Positions 1-11,407 of a stretch of DNA of 64,000 nucleotides are shown here, one piece after another (the first letter of the stretch is position 1; each line of letters opens with the position of its first letter). The stretch is from Chiloscyllium plagiosum. Taxonomy: Eukaryota. The stretch is from assembly GCF_004010195.1 (NCBI RefSeq), contig NC_057742.1, positions 4,582,478 to 4,646,477 on the forward strand. The letters run 5' to 3'. The position numbers and the translations under genes were made by a program. Under the pieces are notes generated by a model that was given only the letters and a program-made list of their open reading frames with translations, was not told the origin of the DNA and did not search any database.

Positions 1-9
1 TTTAATATT

Positions 10-136
10 GCAGCACTCCCTCAGGACTACACCAAGTGTGTCAGCCTTCATGTTGTCCTCAAATCACTGGAGTGAGCCTTGAAACCAATGGTTTTGTACT
101 CAGAAATACGTATGCTGCTGGCTGAGCTACAGCTGA
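10..136 (-). mobile_element. DeuSINE-like (SacSINE1-type) tRNA-derived SINE, 5' head fragment
   Basis: The reverse complement reads tcagctgtagctcagccagcagca...ctgagt...ggtttcaaggctcactccag...ggctgacac...tgagggagtgctgc. The same head is seen at 21520-21684 and 55640-55900. Confidence 0.6.
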
Positions 137-344
137 TATATCAAGCACCACAAATGGATGCTCCATTTGAATGAGTAAGCCACAGTCAGACTCTATTACA
201 ATTGTGGTTTGAAATTCTCAATGGATGTGAGAAAAACATATGAATTGGAGACATACTCTCTCAATATCCCCTCCCACTTCAGATCAGGAGACACAGATAT
301 TTGATTTGGGAGTGCAGAGTTGGTCGATGATACAGAGTGATTTT

Positions 345-485
345 AAAAATTCATGAGGGGGACTTAGGCATCACTAGCTGGGCCCACATTTAGTGTCCCT
401 CCATAGTTACCCTTGAGAAGGTGGTGGTGAGCTGCCTTAATGAACCACTACAGTCCATGCGCTGTGGGTAGACTCACAATGCTGT
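345..485 (-). mobile_element. 3' end of an L2/CR1-group LINE (tail shared with a tRNA-SINE family)
   Basis: cccttgagaaggtggtggtgagctgcc...aaccactacagtccatg; same sequence family as 7400-7560 (+) and 47850-48165 (-). Confidence 0.65.
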
Positions 486-559
486 TTAAACCCACAATGA
501 TGTTCTGCTAACTTTGCTCATTGACTTGTGGAAACAGTGATAAGGAATATCACTGAAAT

Positions 560-880
560 GAATCTTTTCCCTAGGGCGGGGCAGTCCAGAACTAGAGGTT
601 TAGGGTGAGAGGGGAAAAATTTAAAAGGGACCTAAGAGGTAACTTTTTCACGCAAAGGGTGGTGTGTATATGGAATGAGCTGCCAGAGGAAGTGGTGGAG
701 GCTGGTGCAATTACAAGATTTAAAAGGCATCTGGATGGGTGTATGAATAGGAAGGGTATAGAGGGATAAGGTCCAAGTGCTAGAAAATGGGACTAGATTA
801 GTTTAGGATATCTGATCAGCATGGACGAGTTGGACTGAAGGGTCTGTTTTCATGTTGTACATCTCTATGATTCTATAACT
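560..880 (+). mobile_element. CR1/HER1 LINE 3' fragment
   Basis: Encodes the typical CR1 ORF2 C-terminus (..KFKRDLRGNFFTQRVVCIWNELPEEVVEAG..FKRHLDG), followed by the 3'UTR ending ctctatgattctata; near-identical to 15420-15750 in reverse. Confidence 0.85.
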
Positions 881-884
881 CTAA

Positions 885-1392
885 ATAAAGGTCAAGTTGG
901 ATCTGTTGGCATTATCGAGGTCTTGAACTGGCTGCAGGGGAAATTTATTAGAATGGTACAAGGATGAAGGACTCCAGTTATTGGAGAGAATGAAGAAATT
1001 GGGATTGTTCTCCTCCGACCAGAGATAGCTAAGGGGAGTTTTAACAAAATTTATATAGAGCTTTGATGGAGTAAATCGGGACAAACTGTTTTTCACTAAG
1101 AGTTGATAACCAGAGAAAAGAAATATGAGATTCTTAGGAAAACAATGCAAGGGGTGGTGAAGAGAATTATGTTTCCACAGCAAGTTTGAGTATGTAATAA
1201 ATTGCCTGGGTGGCTCTGAGAGCAGATTTAATTATACCTTTTGAAAGGAATTTCAAATGTACTTCAGACGGATAAATTTGCCAAGCTATAGGAAAGTATT
1301 GAGGGATTAGGATTAATTGGAAAGCTATTTCAAAGAGCTGGCACAGGAGCAATGGGCTAAAGAGCCTCCTTCTCTGCACTGTGATTGTATTC
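885..1392 (+). mobile_element. Older, degraded CR1-like LINE 3' fragment
   Basis: ggagagaatgaagaaattgggattgttctcct...gctaaggggag (LGLFSL.RLRGD-like) and 3' tail gagctggcacagg..aatgggctaaagagcctccttct. Confidence 0.6.
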
Positions 1393-1785
1393 TACACTTG
1401 GGGCTGCTATAAAATAACTGCGAGTTCCAACTCCAATCAAGTGGACAGTTTCGCACCTCACAGATCAGTCAACTGAGAACTCAAGACCTCTTCTTTTCTC
1501 TGTGCATCAAACAGCACTTCAGCTGCTGTACTTGTGCTCCAGCCCATTCCTGTTCATCAGCAACAAGTTGATCCCATTTCAAGACAAATACATAAATCTC
1601 TAGGAACTAACAAAATATGAGAATGGATCTGCATACCATTTACAAGAGATCTCACTGTAGAGATTCACAAAGGTTCCTGAGGAACTACCTTCCAAACCCA
1701 CGACCACAATTATCTCGAAGGACACATGGAATGGAAACACATGCAACATCTCCTCCAAGTTACACACCACCCTGTCAAGGAAATA

Positions 1786-2013
1786 CAGGCCATTCTGCAA
1801 AACGCTCCTTTTGTCAGCACAAATTGGCTATAACGCAACTGACAAATTGTGGATGTTGTTTGGATAACGCAAACTTTCTGCTGATCGAGTATAACAAATT
1901 TCTATTTGCGATGTCCTACAGTGCAATTTTCTAGACGGGTTTTCCATAGCGCGATTTTCTATAGCACGAAGTTGCAGTGGAACACAACTGTTGTATTGTG
2001 GCAGAATGGCCTG
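1786..2013. mobile_element. Tc1/mariner-type MITE with 13-bp perfect TIRs and TA target duplication, inserted in an L2/CR1-group LINE 3' fragment (about 1640-2190)
   Basis: TA|CAGGCCATTCTGC (1786-1798) ... GCAGAATGGCCTG|TA (2001-2013). The host LINE sequence (ggaaaTA...TAtatcac) resumes across the insert. Confidence 0.8.
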
Positions 2014-2907
2014 TATATCACTGTCCCTCCACCATCACTGGAATCCCCTCCCTAACTGCATTGTGGGTCTACCCACACTAAATGGACTGCAGTGGTTTCA
2101 GAAGACAGGTCACCACCACCTACTCAACAGCAATAGGCAATAAACAATGGTCCTGCCAGCAATTCACACTCACCATGAATCAATAAAACAAATGTGAAAC
2201 AAAAAGAGAAATTGCTGCAAAATCTCAGCAGGTCTTGCAGCATTTGTGGAGAGAAATCCAAGTTAACGTTTTGGGTCCGGTGACCCTTTCAAAAACAGTG
2301 AACATGGTATAACATGCACTGAATATTATGTAGTATTCTTCATTTGATACTTGTCACTTTCGTGTAAACCAAAGATATTTCAGGTTAATTTATTTCTTTT
2401 AAGGCTTTTATTGAGTTTGTCAGGGTGGAGAATAGACATGTTTCATTTCAGCCACCCTATGAGTACATCACTCAGTTCCAGGACCTGAATAACACTGTTC
2501 GATGCAGAGTGAAGCTCCCTCTACACTGTCAAAGCTATGCTTCAGCTGCAGCCTCAATATGGTGTGTTCAAAGTGTTCACTGCAACATTTTGCTTTTGCA
2601 CCCCAGATTGCATTCATCAGTTGTGCCATTGTGGACAGTTATGCACTGTGAATGTTAGGAACTAAATTATGATATCAAAAAACACTTTAATCAGATCCTG
2701 ACCAGCACTGGCAAAGGGTAGAAACTCTCATCCCTAATTTGTATTATGTGCAGAGGTGAAAATTGCAAATAAATCTATTGACCCTGCCCCTTCTTTGAAA
2801 TCAGCTGATTTCCTGGATGTAGATAAGACAACAATACACATTTATATAATTCCTTTAACATTGCAAAAAGTCCCAAGATTCATCACAGGAGTGTAATCAG
2901 AGAAAAT

Positions 2908-3135
2908 ATAAAACAGAAATTGCTGGAGAAACTCAGCAGGTCTGGCAGCATCTGTGGAGAGAGAAAAACAGAGGTAATGTTCTGATTCCCATGTCTCTCC
3001 TTCAAGACAGGAGCTCCAAAGGAGATTCATAACAGACTCGAAATGTATCTTTGTTTCTCTCTCCACTGATGCTGCCAGACCTCCTGAGCTTCTCCAGCAC
3101 TTGCTATTTTTATTCCAGATCTTCAGCATCTGTTG
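2908..3135. mobile_element. Palindromic non-autonomous element built from inverted Penelope-type termini
   Basis: Left arm aattgctggagaaactcagcaggtctggcagcatctgtggagagagaaa is inverse to right arm tttctctctccactgatgctgccagacctcctgagcttctccagca. Related full or half copies lie at about 2195, 7070, 12910/13290, 24960, 30430, 30740, 32580 and 57810. Confidence 0.7.
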
Positions 3136-3157
3136 TACTTTGTTAATATTTCAGTTC

Positions 3158-3305
3158 TGGTTTCCTCCCATGGTCCAAAGATGTGCAGGTTAGGTAAATT
3201 GGCCATGCTAAATTGTTCACAATGGTCAGGAATGTGTAGGTTAGGTGCATTAGTCAGGGGAAATATAGAGTGATAAGATAGGGAATAGGTCTGGGTGGGT
3301 TACTC
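3158..3305 (+). mobile_element. HE1 (V-SINE) 3' fragment
   Basis: ggtttcctcccatggtccaaagatgtgcaggttaggtaaattggccatgctaaattg, the V-domain and downstream region of HE1. Confidence 0.75.
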
Positions 3306-6300
3306 ACTGTCGGGATTCTACAAAAAAAGCAGACAAAAACTGATTGAACCAATGGAGGAGACAATAGGACTCGTGAAGTAATGTCTAAAGAAAGTGTTAA
3401 AGAAAGAGAAATGGGGCTTTTCTGGAGAAGTGAAATGGATGGTCAGGTTCAGGTTCCATCTGCTACAGACGTGGGGGAATCTTAATCAGGATGAAGAGAA
3501 AATACCTATAATGCTCAGGTCTATGGTACACTCTTCATGCTGATAAATTGGAATTAACACTATTCCTTGAAAAACTATTTCATAAAAAGCAGACAGAGCT
3601 ATTTTGATGCAGCAGTACTGTCCTTTCCTCTGGGGCAGGAAGCCTGAGTTCAAGTCCCACCTGCACAAAAGGAGGGTAATAACATTTCTGAACGGGTGGA
3701 TTAAAAAGTATCTAAAGAAGGAGAGGGCTTGGAGCAATTTACAGAGGGAATTCCAGAGGTTAAACCCGTGATGGCTGAAGTTATGGTCATAACGATGAGA
3801 CAGAATTCAACCAGAGAGGTAGCACCATGAGGTGACAGCCTAGTCATTATTGAGTCAGTCCTGTGAACAAGCCCACTTGATTTTAAACTCCACTTTGATC
3901 TTAATAGTTAACATTAATTTGTCAGATTGACAATGGTGGAAAGACATGGCAGTGAGTGCACATTTTGCCTGAATGCATCTGTTGACTCACTTCTCCCCGA
4001 TATCTGTCTCTTTTGTTATCTTGTAGAATCAAATGATGATTACAACAATAGATATTTTCTACAGAGGAAGATAGCATTCCACCCATCATGCCAGGAGTAT
4101 TTCCAAATGAGAAGGAAAGGGCTCAAATGTATTGAAGTCACTGAATTCTAATGCAATGAAGCATTTTATTGTAGAACCAGAAATTAGTAGGATGGGAGTT
4201 TGCATGAAATTCCATTTGCTATGTTCCTATTGCTGGTTGTACTATCAGATGATACAAGACCTCCCTTCCCACCACTCAGCCCTAACAAAATGATAGCCCC
4301 CTGCCTTGGCAGAAAGAATAATCAGAGGGTGAGGCATTGATCTAGGCTACACCATGTTACACATTGGTAAAAACAGTGACACAGAATTCAGTGGAATTTT
4401 GCAAAACACCAACAAATTCAACTGGTCCATGCCAGTGTTAATGATGCACAGCACTATTCCCACACTTTACATTATCTCACCCAGTCAACATAACCCTTCC
4501 ATTCCTTTCTCTCTCATGTACCTATCCAGCTTCGTCTCAACTGAGGAACTCTGACTTTCCATGTTGTCTCTGTGTCATGTTGGTGAACATTTTGTGATTG
4601 GCATAAGAGTAATTTGAGGCCCAGTCTCCAGATGGGTGGAAGGTGCAGAGGAGATTACTTTGGATCTATGCTTTACAAGAGATTTCTTCACTCCACATCT
4701 GGCTCTGTTCTAGATCCATTGACAGAGATTGATTGCTGTGGTTAACCATGGCAAAACCAGAAGCATCTTGGCTGTTGCAGCATCTTACAATTCCTATGTT
4801 GCTTTCGCAGTGAAAACTGGGTAGTGGGCTGTTACAACTGGAAGGAAAAATCAACCCAGACTGATTCTGTTAATGGAGATCCAGTGATCTCTGCTAAATA
4901 TTTGGATGTCAGCTGAGAGGGAATGGATTGGGCTGTGAGGCTTCCTTGACTGGGAGATGGTTTGCCTGAAGGCTCTGTTAAAGGCTGAACCCCGCCTCGG
5001 GCTAGGTACCAGTCGATTACCTGTGACAGCCTGGGCTCTCAGGCTTGGGGAGAGGTTGTTGGATGAGAGGCCCAATGGTTGTGAGCATGAGCCCTGAACT
5101 TTCCCAGACCTTGTGCAACATGTTTGGAAATTGCGATTCAGGAATGATGGTGGGTGAAGGCTCAATGGGACAGCTTTCTAACATTTTCTCATCGTCAGGG
5201 AGGCACAGACATCAGCCGCGTGGAGGCAGGTAGCCGATTGTACATTCAATGCCTTTTGCTAGTGACAGAGCAGCCCATTGCCAGTTTAATGGACTCATCC
5301 ACTGAGCAACAGTCTGGAAACAGAGCCAGAATCCCGTACCCTCAAAAATGGGGTTAGACACGTAGTCCAACCACTGGTTTCTCTCCACTCTGACTGTCTG
5401 GTTGGCCCCATGAAGTTTTAGATTAAATTTATGCCTCCACATTGAGTCAGCCTGGCCATCTCTGACCTGTCTCAGCAATGCCCACCTCTCCCAGTGGGAC
5501 TGCCCGTGAACTGGTAACCCCCGATTGGCTTGGCAAAGGCAAGATTCTGCCCTCCTTCCTTAATAGGTCAGCAAACACAGAATGAGCCAGTTAGGAAGAG
5601 GAAAGCTCTGCTGGTCTGGATGCCAGTAGCTGTGGCCTCAGGGACTCGTGCCCCCCACAACTGTATTCTAGCATCAGGGTCTTGATGCCTGCGGGAAAAA
5701 TCTTGCCCAAATCTCAACATAACCAATTGTCAAATTAAATTGTTTCACAAATATCCTTCACGAAGGAACCTTATCACCCATTGCTAACATGTGCCCGTTG
5801 GTCTTTAATGCCCTCAGAGGTGAAATGCAAGACAATCAGTTCTTGGAATAAATATTGGAATAAAGATCAAGGAGGAGATGGGAGGAAGGAGTTCATAATT
5901 ACACAGAATGACTGCCAGAGCTCCATCTGCCAGAGACCCCGAGGTATTGTCCATAAGATGTAAGCTGAAAGCAATGAAGAGGGACTTTTTTTTTAGAAAC
6001 AGACTCCCCTCCTCCCACGCCGAATGAAAAATCACAGGATTACCACCTTAAGGGACATGATGATGTATGCAAATATTACTTAACAAATATTAATCCCATC
6101 TCTGAAAATGAACTTGACAGCAATTAAAGCAAGTATGTTAATTCAATATAAAAATTATTTTGATATGAGAGTGGATGATTCATCTGTTTATAGATAGGTT
6201 GATGCTTGGAGTGACAATTCAGCATCACACCCACATACAGATCTTAACATCTTGTTGATTACAGAACAGAAAAGGATCAGTGGTCACAACAGCTTTTCCA

Positions 6301-6667
6301 GGAGAAGAGCACACAGGACTAAATGTCATTTAAGTGTAATTCTCGTGGAGTTATAGAGTCATTATTGCACAGGAGGAGGCCATTCAGCCCAACAACTCCA
6401 TGTCAGTTCTCAGTAGAGCAATCCAGTCAGTCCAAGCATAAACTCTATACCCTGTAGCTGTACAAGTTTTTTCCTTCAATCTTTCACCCCATTTCCAGTA
6501 GAAATCTTCGCTTGTAGAAAGTCTCCAAACCCTTGTGCTATCAGTTAATGAGAACAGTTATTTCTGTTAATTTATTTAAGCTTGTCATGATTAACATCTC
6601 TATCAGATTACCCCCAGCCTCTTTTGCTACATGGGGACTAAGTGTAACTTCTCCCATTTAAACATCA

Positions 6668-6975
6668 GGGCATGTGGTGGTTTGGCTACTACCCCAGAAT
6701 GCTCCAAGCTAAGGGTCAGGGGTCACAGGTTCAAGTCTCTTCATGGCAGTTGATCCAATTAGTGAAATCTGGAATTGAAAGCTATGCTCAGGAATGGTCA
6801 CAGTGAAGCTACCATTGATCCTTGTAAATCCTGTCTGGTTCACTGATGGTCATATCCGGCCTGGGCTACATGTTGACTAACAACAATACCCTCTGAGTGG
6901 CCAGCAAGCCACTCAGCACAAGGGAATGGGCAAGAAACTTTGACTTTTCCAGTGTTGGCCCCTTACCACAAAATA
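6668..6975 (+). mobile_element. tRNA-derived SINE, second shark family (degraded)
   Basis: B-box-like ggttcaagtc, body aaatctggaattgaaagct...tctggttcact, tail agcaagccactcag..aaggg; matches 29953-30281 and 39075-39432 in reverse and 13965-14200. Confidence 0.6.
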
Positions 6976-7399
6976 AGACATTTATTTTTAAAAATTCAAT
7001 TTCCTTGTATTATTTTTCAATGCTTTCATTTCTTTTTCTATCATAAAGCTCTTTTCTACAGGAAAGAGTGTAAACAGAAATTACTGGAATAACTCAGCAG
7101 ATGCGAGGCAGCAGCTGTACAAAGAGGAAGATGGCGTTAATGTTTCAGCTGAGTGACCACGTATCCTTTGTGTTTCTGGATTGTTACATTTATTTCTGAT
7201 TTCCATCCAGTGTCTGTGTTTCAGGGGACTTGAAATATTAAATATTGAAGGCTAATTGAATGAACCTGGATTGTATTCTCTTGAATTTAACAGGTTGGTG
7301 GGTGATCTTATTGAGCTGTTTAGGATGTGAAAAAGATTAAAATGAGGAGCTATATCCTCCTGTGGGAGGAATCTAAAATAAGACATGTTCTTAAAATCT

Positions 7400-7560
7400 C
7401 CTGAAACTCCCTACCTAAGGGTATTGTGAGTCTACCTACAGCACATGGACTGCAGCAGTTCAAGAAGGCAGCTCACCCCCACCTTCTCAAGGGGCAACTA
7501 GGGACGGGCAATAAATGTTGGCTCAGCCAGGGATGCTCATGTCCACAAGAGAATAGATAA
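7400..7560 (+). mobile_element. L2/CR1-group LINE 3' end
   Basis: catggactgcagcagttcaagaaggcagctcacccccaccttctcaagggg..gggcaataaatg. Confidence 0.7.
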
Positions 7561-8058
7561 AATGAAGCCTCGGCCTCGGGAATGAAGATTGAAGGCATTT
7601 TCATACCAAGAATGGGAGAAATTTGTTGTTTCTTTTACCAGTCATCTCTAACTCTCAACTCTTTTAACGACAAGAACAGTTTCTGCCTATATACACTGTC
7701 CAGGGCTCTCATGATTTTGAACACCTCTGTCAAATCCAGTGGCAGCAGCTCCTGCACATACAAACATGTTGATTAAAGTAATTATAAACACTGTGATGAA
7801 TCTTTGCTAAACTCTCTCTATTAACTTTACATCCTTCCTAAAATTCAGTGCCTAGAACTGGAACTTGGATTGAAATCCAAGCCTTTTTACTGGATCCTTA
7901 ATCCTGTACCTTGGAACACTCAGTGTTTTCCACATGAATTTTGGAGGTCCACTGAAATATTCAAAACTGTGATGACAGGTCTTTGTTGGGTAAAGGTGAT
8001 GAAGTATACGTCTCAAAAGCTGCCAATAGGTTAACCATGGTTTATTTATATGGGGGAG

Positions 8059-8826
8059 AAAGTGAGGTCTGCAGACGCTGGAGATCAAAGCTGAAACTTT
8101 ATTGCTGGAACAGCACTCCCTTGCCCCCGCAGGAGGTGCAACACTTGCGCCCACACCTCCCCCCTCACTTCTCTCTAAGGCCCCAAGGGAAACTTCCATA
8201 TCCGCCACAGATTCACCTGCACCTCCACCCACATCATCTACTGCATCCGCTGCAGCCGGTGTGGCCTCCTCTATATTGGGGAGACAGGCCGCCTACTTGC
8301 GGAGCGATTCAGAGAGCACCTCTGGGCCACCCGGACGAACCAACCCAGTCACCCTGTAGCACAGCATTTCCACTCCCCCTCCCACTCCACCGAGGATATG
8401 CAGGTCATTGGACTCATCCACCGCCAAACCACAACAACCCGACGGTCGGAGGAGGAGCGTCTTATCTTCCGACTGGGAACCCTCCAACCGCAGGGGATGA
8501 ACTTGGACTTCACCAGTTTCTTCATCCCCCCTCCCCCCCCCTTGTCTCAGCCGAATCCCTCCAGCCCGGCATCGCCTTCCTGACCTGCAGTCTTCTTCTT
8601 GTCCTCTCCGCCTCCACCCTACTCCGACCTATCACCCTCACCTTGACCTCTTTCCACCTATCACATTTCCAACGCCCCTCCTCCAAGTCCCTCCTCCCTA
8701 CCTTTTATCTTCTCCTGCTGAACACTCTGCTCATTCCTGAAGAAGGGCATGTGCCCGAAACGTCGAATCTTCTGTTCCCTAGATGCTGCCTGACCTGCTG
8801 TGCTGTTCCAGCAATAAAGTTTCAGC
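8059..8826 (+). mobile_element. 5'-truncated Penelope-like element: GIY-YIG endonuclease, 3' terminus with hammerhead motif, short inverted terminal copy, 17-nt TSD
   Basis: One frame gives PCPRRRCNTCAH..L*GPKGNFHIRHRFTCTSTHIIYCIRCSRCGLLYIGETGRLLAERFREHL..HPVAQHF..EERLIFRLGTLQPQGMN (GIY-YIG; one TAA). About 8090-8117 is the inverse of about 8800-8828. Flanked by TTATTTATATGGGGGAG (8042-8058) and TTATTTACATGGGGGAG (8827-8843). Confidence 0.9.
8733..8768 (+). ncRNA. Minimal type-I hammerhead ribozyme motif in the Penelope 3' terminus
   Basis: AUUC-CUGAAGA-A-GGGC AUGU GCCC-GAAA-CGUC-GAAU: stem I AUUC/GAAU, core CUGANGA...GAAA, stem II GGGC/GCCC, palindromic ACGU stem III, GUC cleavage triplet. 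Confidence 0.75.
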
Positions 8827-9152
8827 TTATTTACATGGGGGAGCAGACTCAATGTGATTGACCAGTCAATTCCTGTTCATATCTCCACACAGACTATATT
8901 GCTCGCACGCTTTCTTTCATAAAGCAGCAACTCTTTCCAGGAAGACATAGCTGCAGAGAAAAAGTCTACATGATCTTCCACAGTGATGTCATGATGTTGA
9001 CCATGGTACACATCAAAACAAACTGCCTTTTCTTTCACAGGCTTGTCAGAAGAGATTTTAGCAAATGAAAGCAAAATAATGTGGATGCTGAAAATCTCAA
9101 ATCTAAACTGAAAATAATCAGGTCAGACAGCAGAGTGGAGTGAAAACACAGA

Positions 9153-9874
9153 TAGAATCCCGACAGAGTTGAAATAGGCCATTCAGCCCATACTGACCTT
9201 CTGAACAGCATCCCTCTCAGACCCAACCCCTACTCTGTCCCTGTATTCCCCATGGCTGACCCATACATCCCTAGTCACCACAGACAATTTAGAACATAGA
9301 ACATAGAAAAGTGCCTCCCAGAACAGGCCCTTTGGCCCACGATGTTGTGTCAAGGATTAATCCTAATGTAAAATAAAATTACTTAACCTACGCACCCCTC
9401 AACTCACTGCTCTCCATGTTCATGTCCAGCGGTCACTTAAATGTCCCCAATGACTCTGCTTCCACCACCACCGCTGGCAACGCGTTACATGCATTCACAA
9501 CTCTCTGTGTAAAGAACCTGCCTCTGACATCCCTCTATATCTTTCTCCTAATATCTTAGAACTATGACCCCTTGTGCCAGTCAATCCTGCCCTGGGGAAA
9601 AGTCTCTTGCTGTTGACTATATCTATTCCTCTAATTATCTTGTATACCTCGATCAGGTCACCTCTTTTCCTCCTTCTCTTCAGAGAGAAAAGTCCAAGCT
9701 TAGTATTAGCATGACGAATCCACCTAATCTGCACATGCTTACAGTGCGGGAGGAATCTGCACAGACACAGTGAGAATGTGCAAACTCCAAACAGACAGTC
9801 GCCCAAGGGTGGAATCAAACCCCAGTCCCTAGCATTGTGAGGCAGCAGTGCTAACCACTGAGCCACCGTGCCTG
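9153..9874 (-). mobile_element. HE1 (V-SINE), interrupted by a CR1 3' fragment
   Basis: tRNA head in reverse (cacggtggctcagtggttagcactgctgcctcac..ggtttgattcc) at about 9810-9872 and tail at 9153-9292; CACAGA direct repeats at 9147-9152 and 9875-9880. Confidence 0.8.
9293..9704 (-). mobile_element. CR1/HER1 LINE 3' fragment nested in HE1
   Basis: KLGLFSLKRRRKRGDLIEVYKIIRGIDIVNSKRLFP..TRGHS (ORF 9495-9935); (TTCTATG)-type tail at 9293-9308. Confidence 0.85.
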
Positions 9875-10634
9875 CACAGAACTGACAAGGTGACTCTCCA
9901 CAGAGGCTGCCAAACCTGCCGAATATTTCCAGCATTTTCTGTTTCGATCTCTTTACAAATCCCAGACAATGTGTCCAACATGGTTCCCTGTTTTAAGGAA
10001 GCAGAAACATATTCTGTTCTCTGTCTTAAGTCTGTTCTCTGAATGTCCAATAAATGTGCAGAATGAAGCAAGTTAAATAGGAAGCCAGCTACACTCCTTT
10101 TTTTCAAAGATCATTTCACAGTAGAACCACAGCACCAGATGTGGTGATATAAATATACTATTCAGTAGACCTTTGTACCTCGTGAAGAGCTTAGATCTGA
10201 GGATGCAGCAACTTCCCCTCACTTTATTTTAGCTCAATGTCTGCCTTTGGAGTTCTGGAGTGAAAGTGGAAGATTCTCCATTTTGAGCGACAAGGTCAAA
10301 TCGAATGGAAACAACAGTTCACCACCTGGTTCATTCTTATAGATTTGAAGGAGTAACCAAAAAGCAGAAGGAAGGTGAAAGCTGGAGGAAAGCAATGCAG
10401 GAGGTGAAAGAAAAAAGAACAAGAGAGAGGTAGAGTTCAAACAAAAAAAAACCGCAAGTGAAAGGCAGGAAGCTGTTTGAATTTCAGACTCCTAATGGAT
10501 GAGAATTTCTCGGAAACAAACATTAAATATTCCTAGTCAGATTTGAGTTTTTTTTAACGATTCTTTTGCGATGAATAAAAAACGCAGTTGTTTAGTTTGG
10601 AAGAAAGCAAATTAAAGAAATGTGTTAAACTTAC

Positions 10635-11407
10635 TTAAACTCGGGACTGAGATCTGGCTTCAGTCCATAGAATGAAGAAGACAAACTCATCATCCACTTG
10701 GGGATGAATTGATAATCTTCGCAATCTAAGAACGGGCTAGACCACTGAATGTGGCCTCTGTCAGTCAGGTAGCTGTGCCCGAGCCCCCACTTCGGGCTGT
10801 CCAGTGTCCTCAGGTCATTGGTTAAGATCCTCTTGTTGAGATTCGCTGTCTTTTCGTGTTTCATCGCGCTGAACCAATTGTTGCCCACAGTCTGGTTCTC
10901 CGGATCCCCTGGGATCGAGGAGAGTTCCCGCAGGTAGATCGCGTCCTGGCGCTTGGCAGCCTGGAGGACCAGCTGGGATTTGGAGGGGATGGTGGGCACA
11001 TCCAGGATGAGCATTGCCTTGTCAATGTTGGCATCGGCTTCTACGATGCTCCTCACCAGGGCATGGTACCACTCCATCTCATCCTTTACACTGGACTCCC
11101 GGAGGTCATTGGTCTGGAAGACCAGGTTGAGGAAGTTGGTGGCGTGCACCAAGGTGTCGATGGCCCCCTGGACCAGAGACTGGACCCTGGCACCTGGTAG
11201 CCCATTGCTGCCAGCTCGGATCTCCAGCCGCTTAGTGCAGTTCACCCGCAGCAGGGTGGCAGGGTCCCGGGAGAACAGGAAGGAGCTGGCCGCTTCTGCT
11301 GTCTCGGCAGGCGGCCTCCCACTGCCCCCGAGCCCCGGGCCGAGGCTGGCACACAGCCCGACCTGGGCGACCAGGAGCAGCAGCAGCGTAGTCCTGGTCA
11401 GCTCCAT
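10635..11407 (-). CDS. GPR179: GPR179 (class C orphan GPCR, GPR158/179 family), first coding exon: signal peptide plus extracellular Cache-like domain
   Basis: ATG at 11407 starts MELTRTTLLLLLVAQVGLCA (signal-peptide-like). Family motifs follow: VNC, HATNFLN..QTNDLRESSVKDEMEWYHALVRS, KRILTNDLRTLDSPKW, SPFLDC, FYGLKPDLSPEF. 'KR.LTNDL..L.SPKW' and 'YGLKPDLSPE' match GPR179 rather than GPR158 (YGLQPNLVPE). The exon ends TTT AA|GTAAGT (phase-2 donor, intron begins 10634); the ORF-track stop is intronic. Confidence 0.92.

Noticed and set aside
7983-8861. 292-aa plus-strand ORF
   Set aside because: An off-frame reading of the C-rich Penelope element; the GIY-YIG protein is in a different frame.
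1-10634. Search for GPR179 exon 2 (expected ..MDV.LQ.VDI.QC..GW..) on the minus strand
   Set aside because: No matching exon found by eye; intron 1 probably extends beyond the window start.
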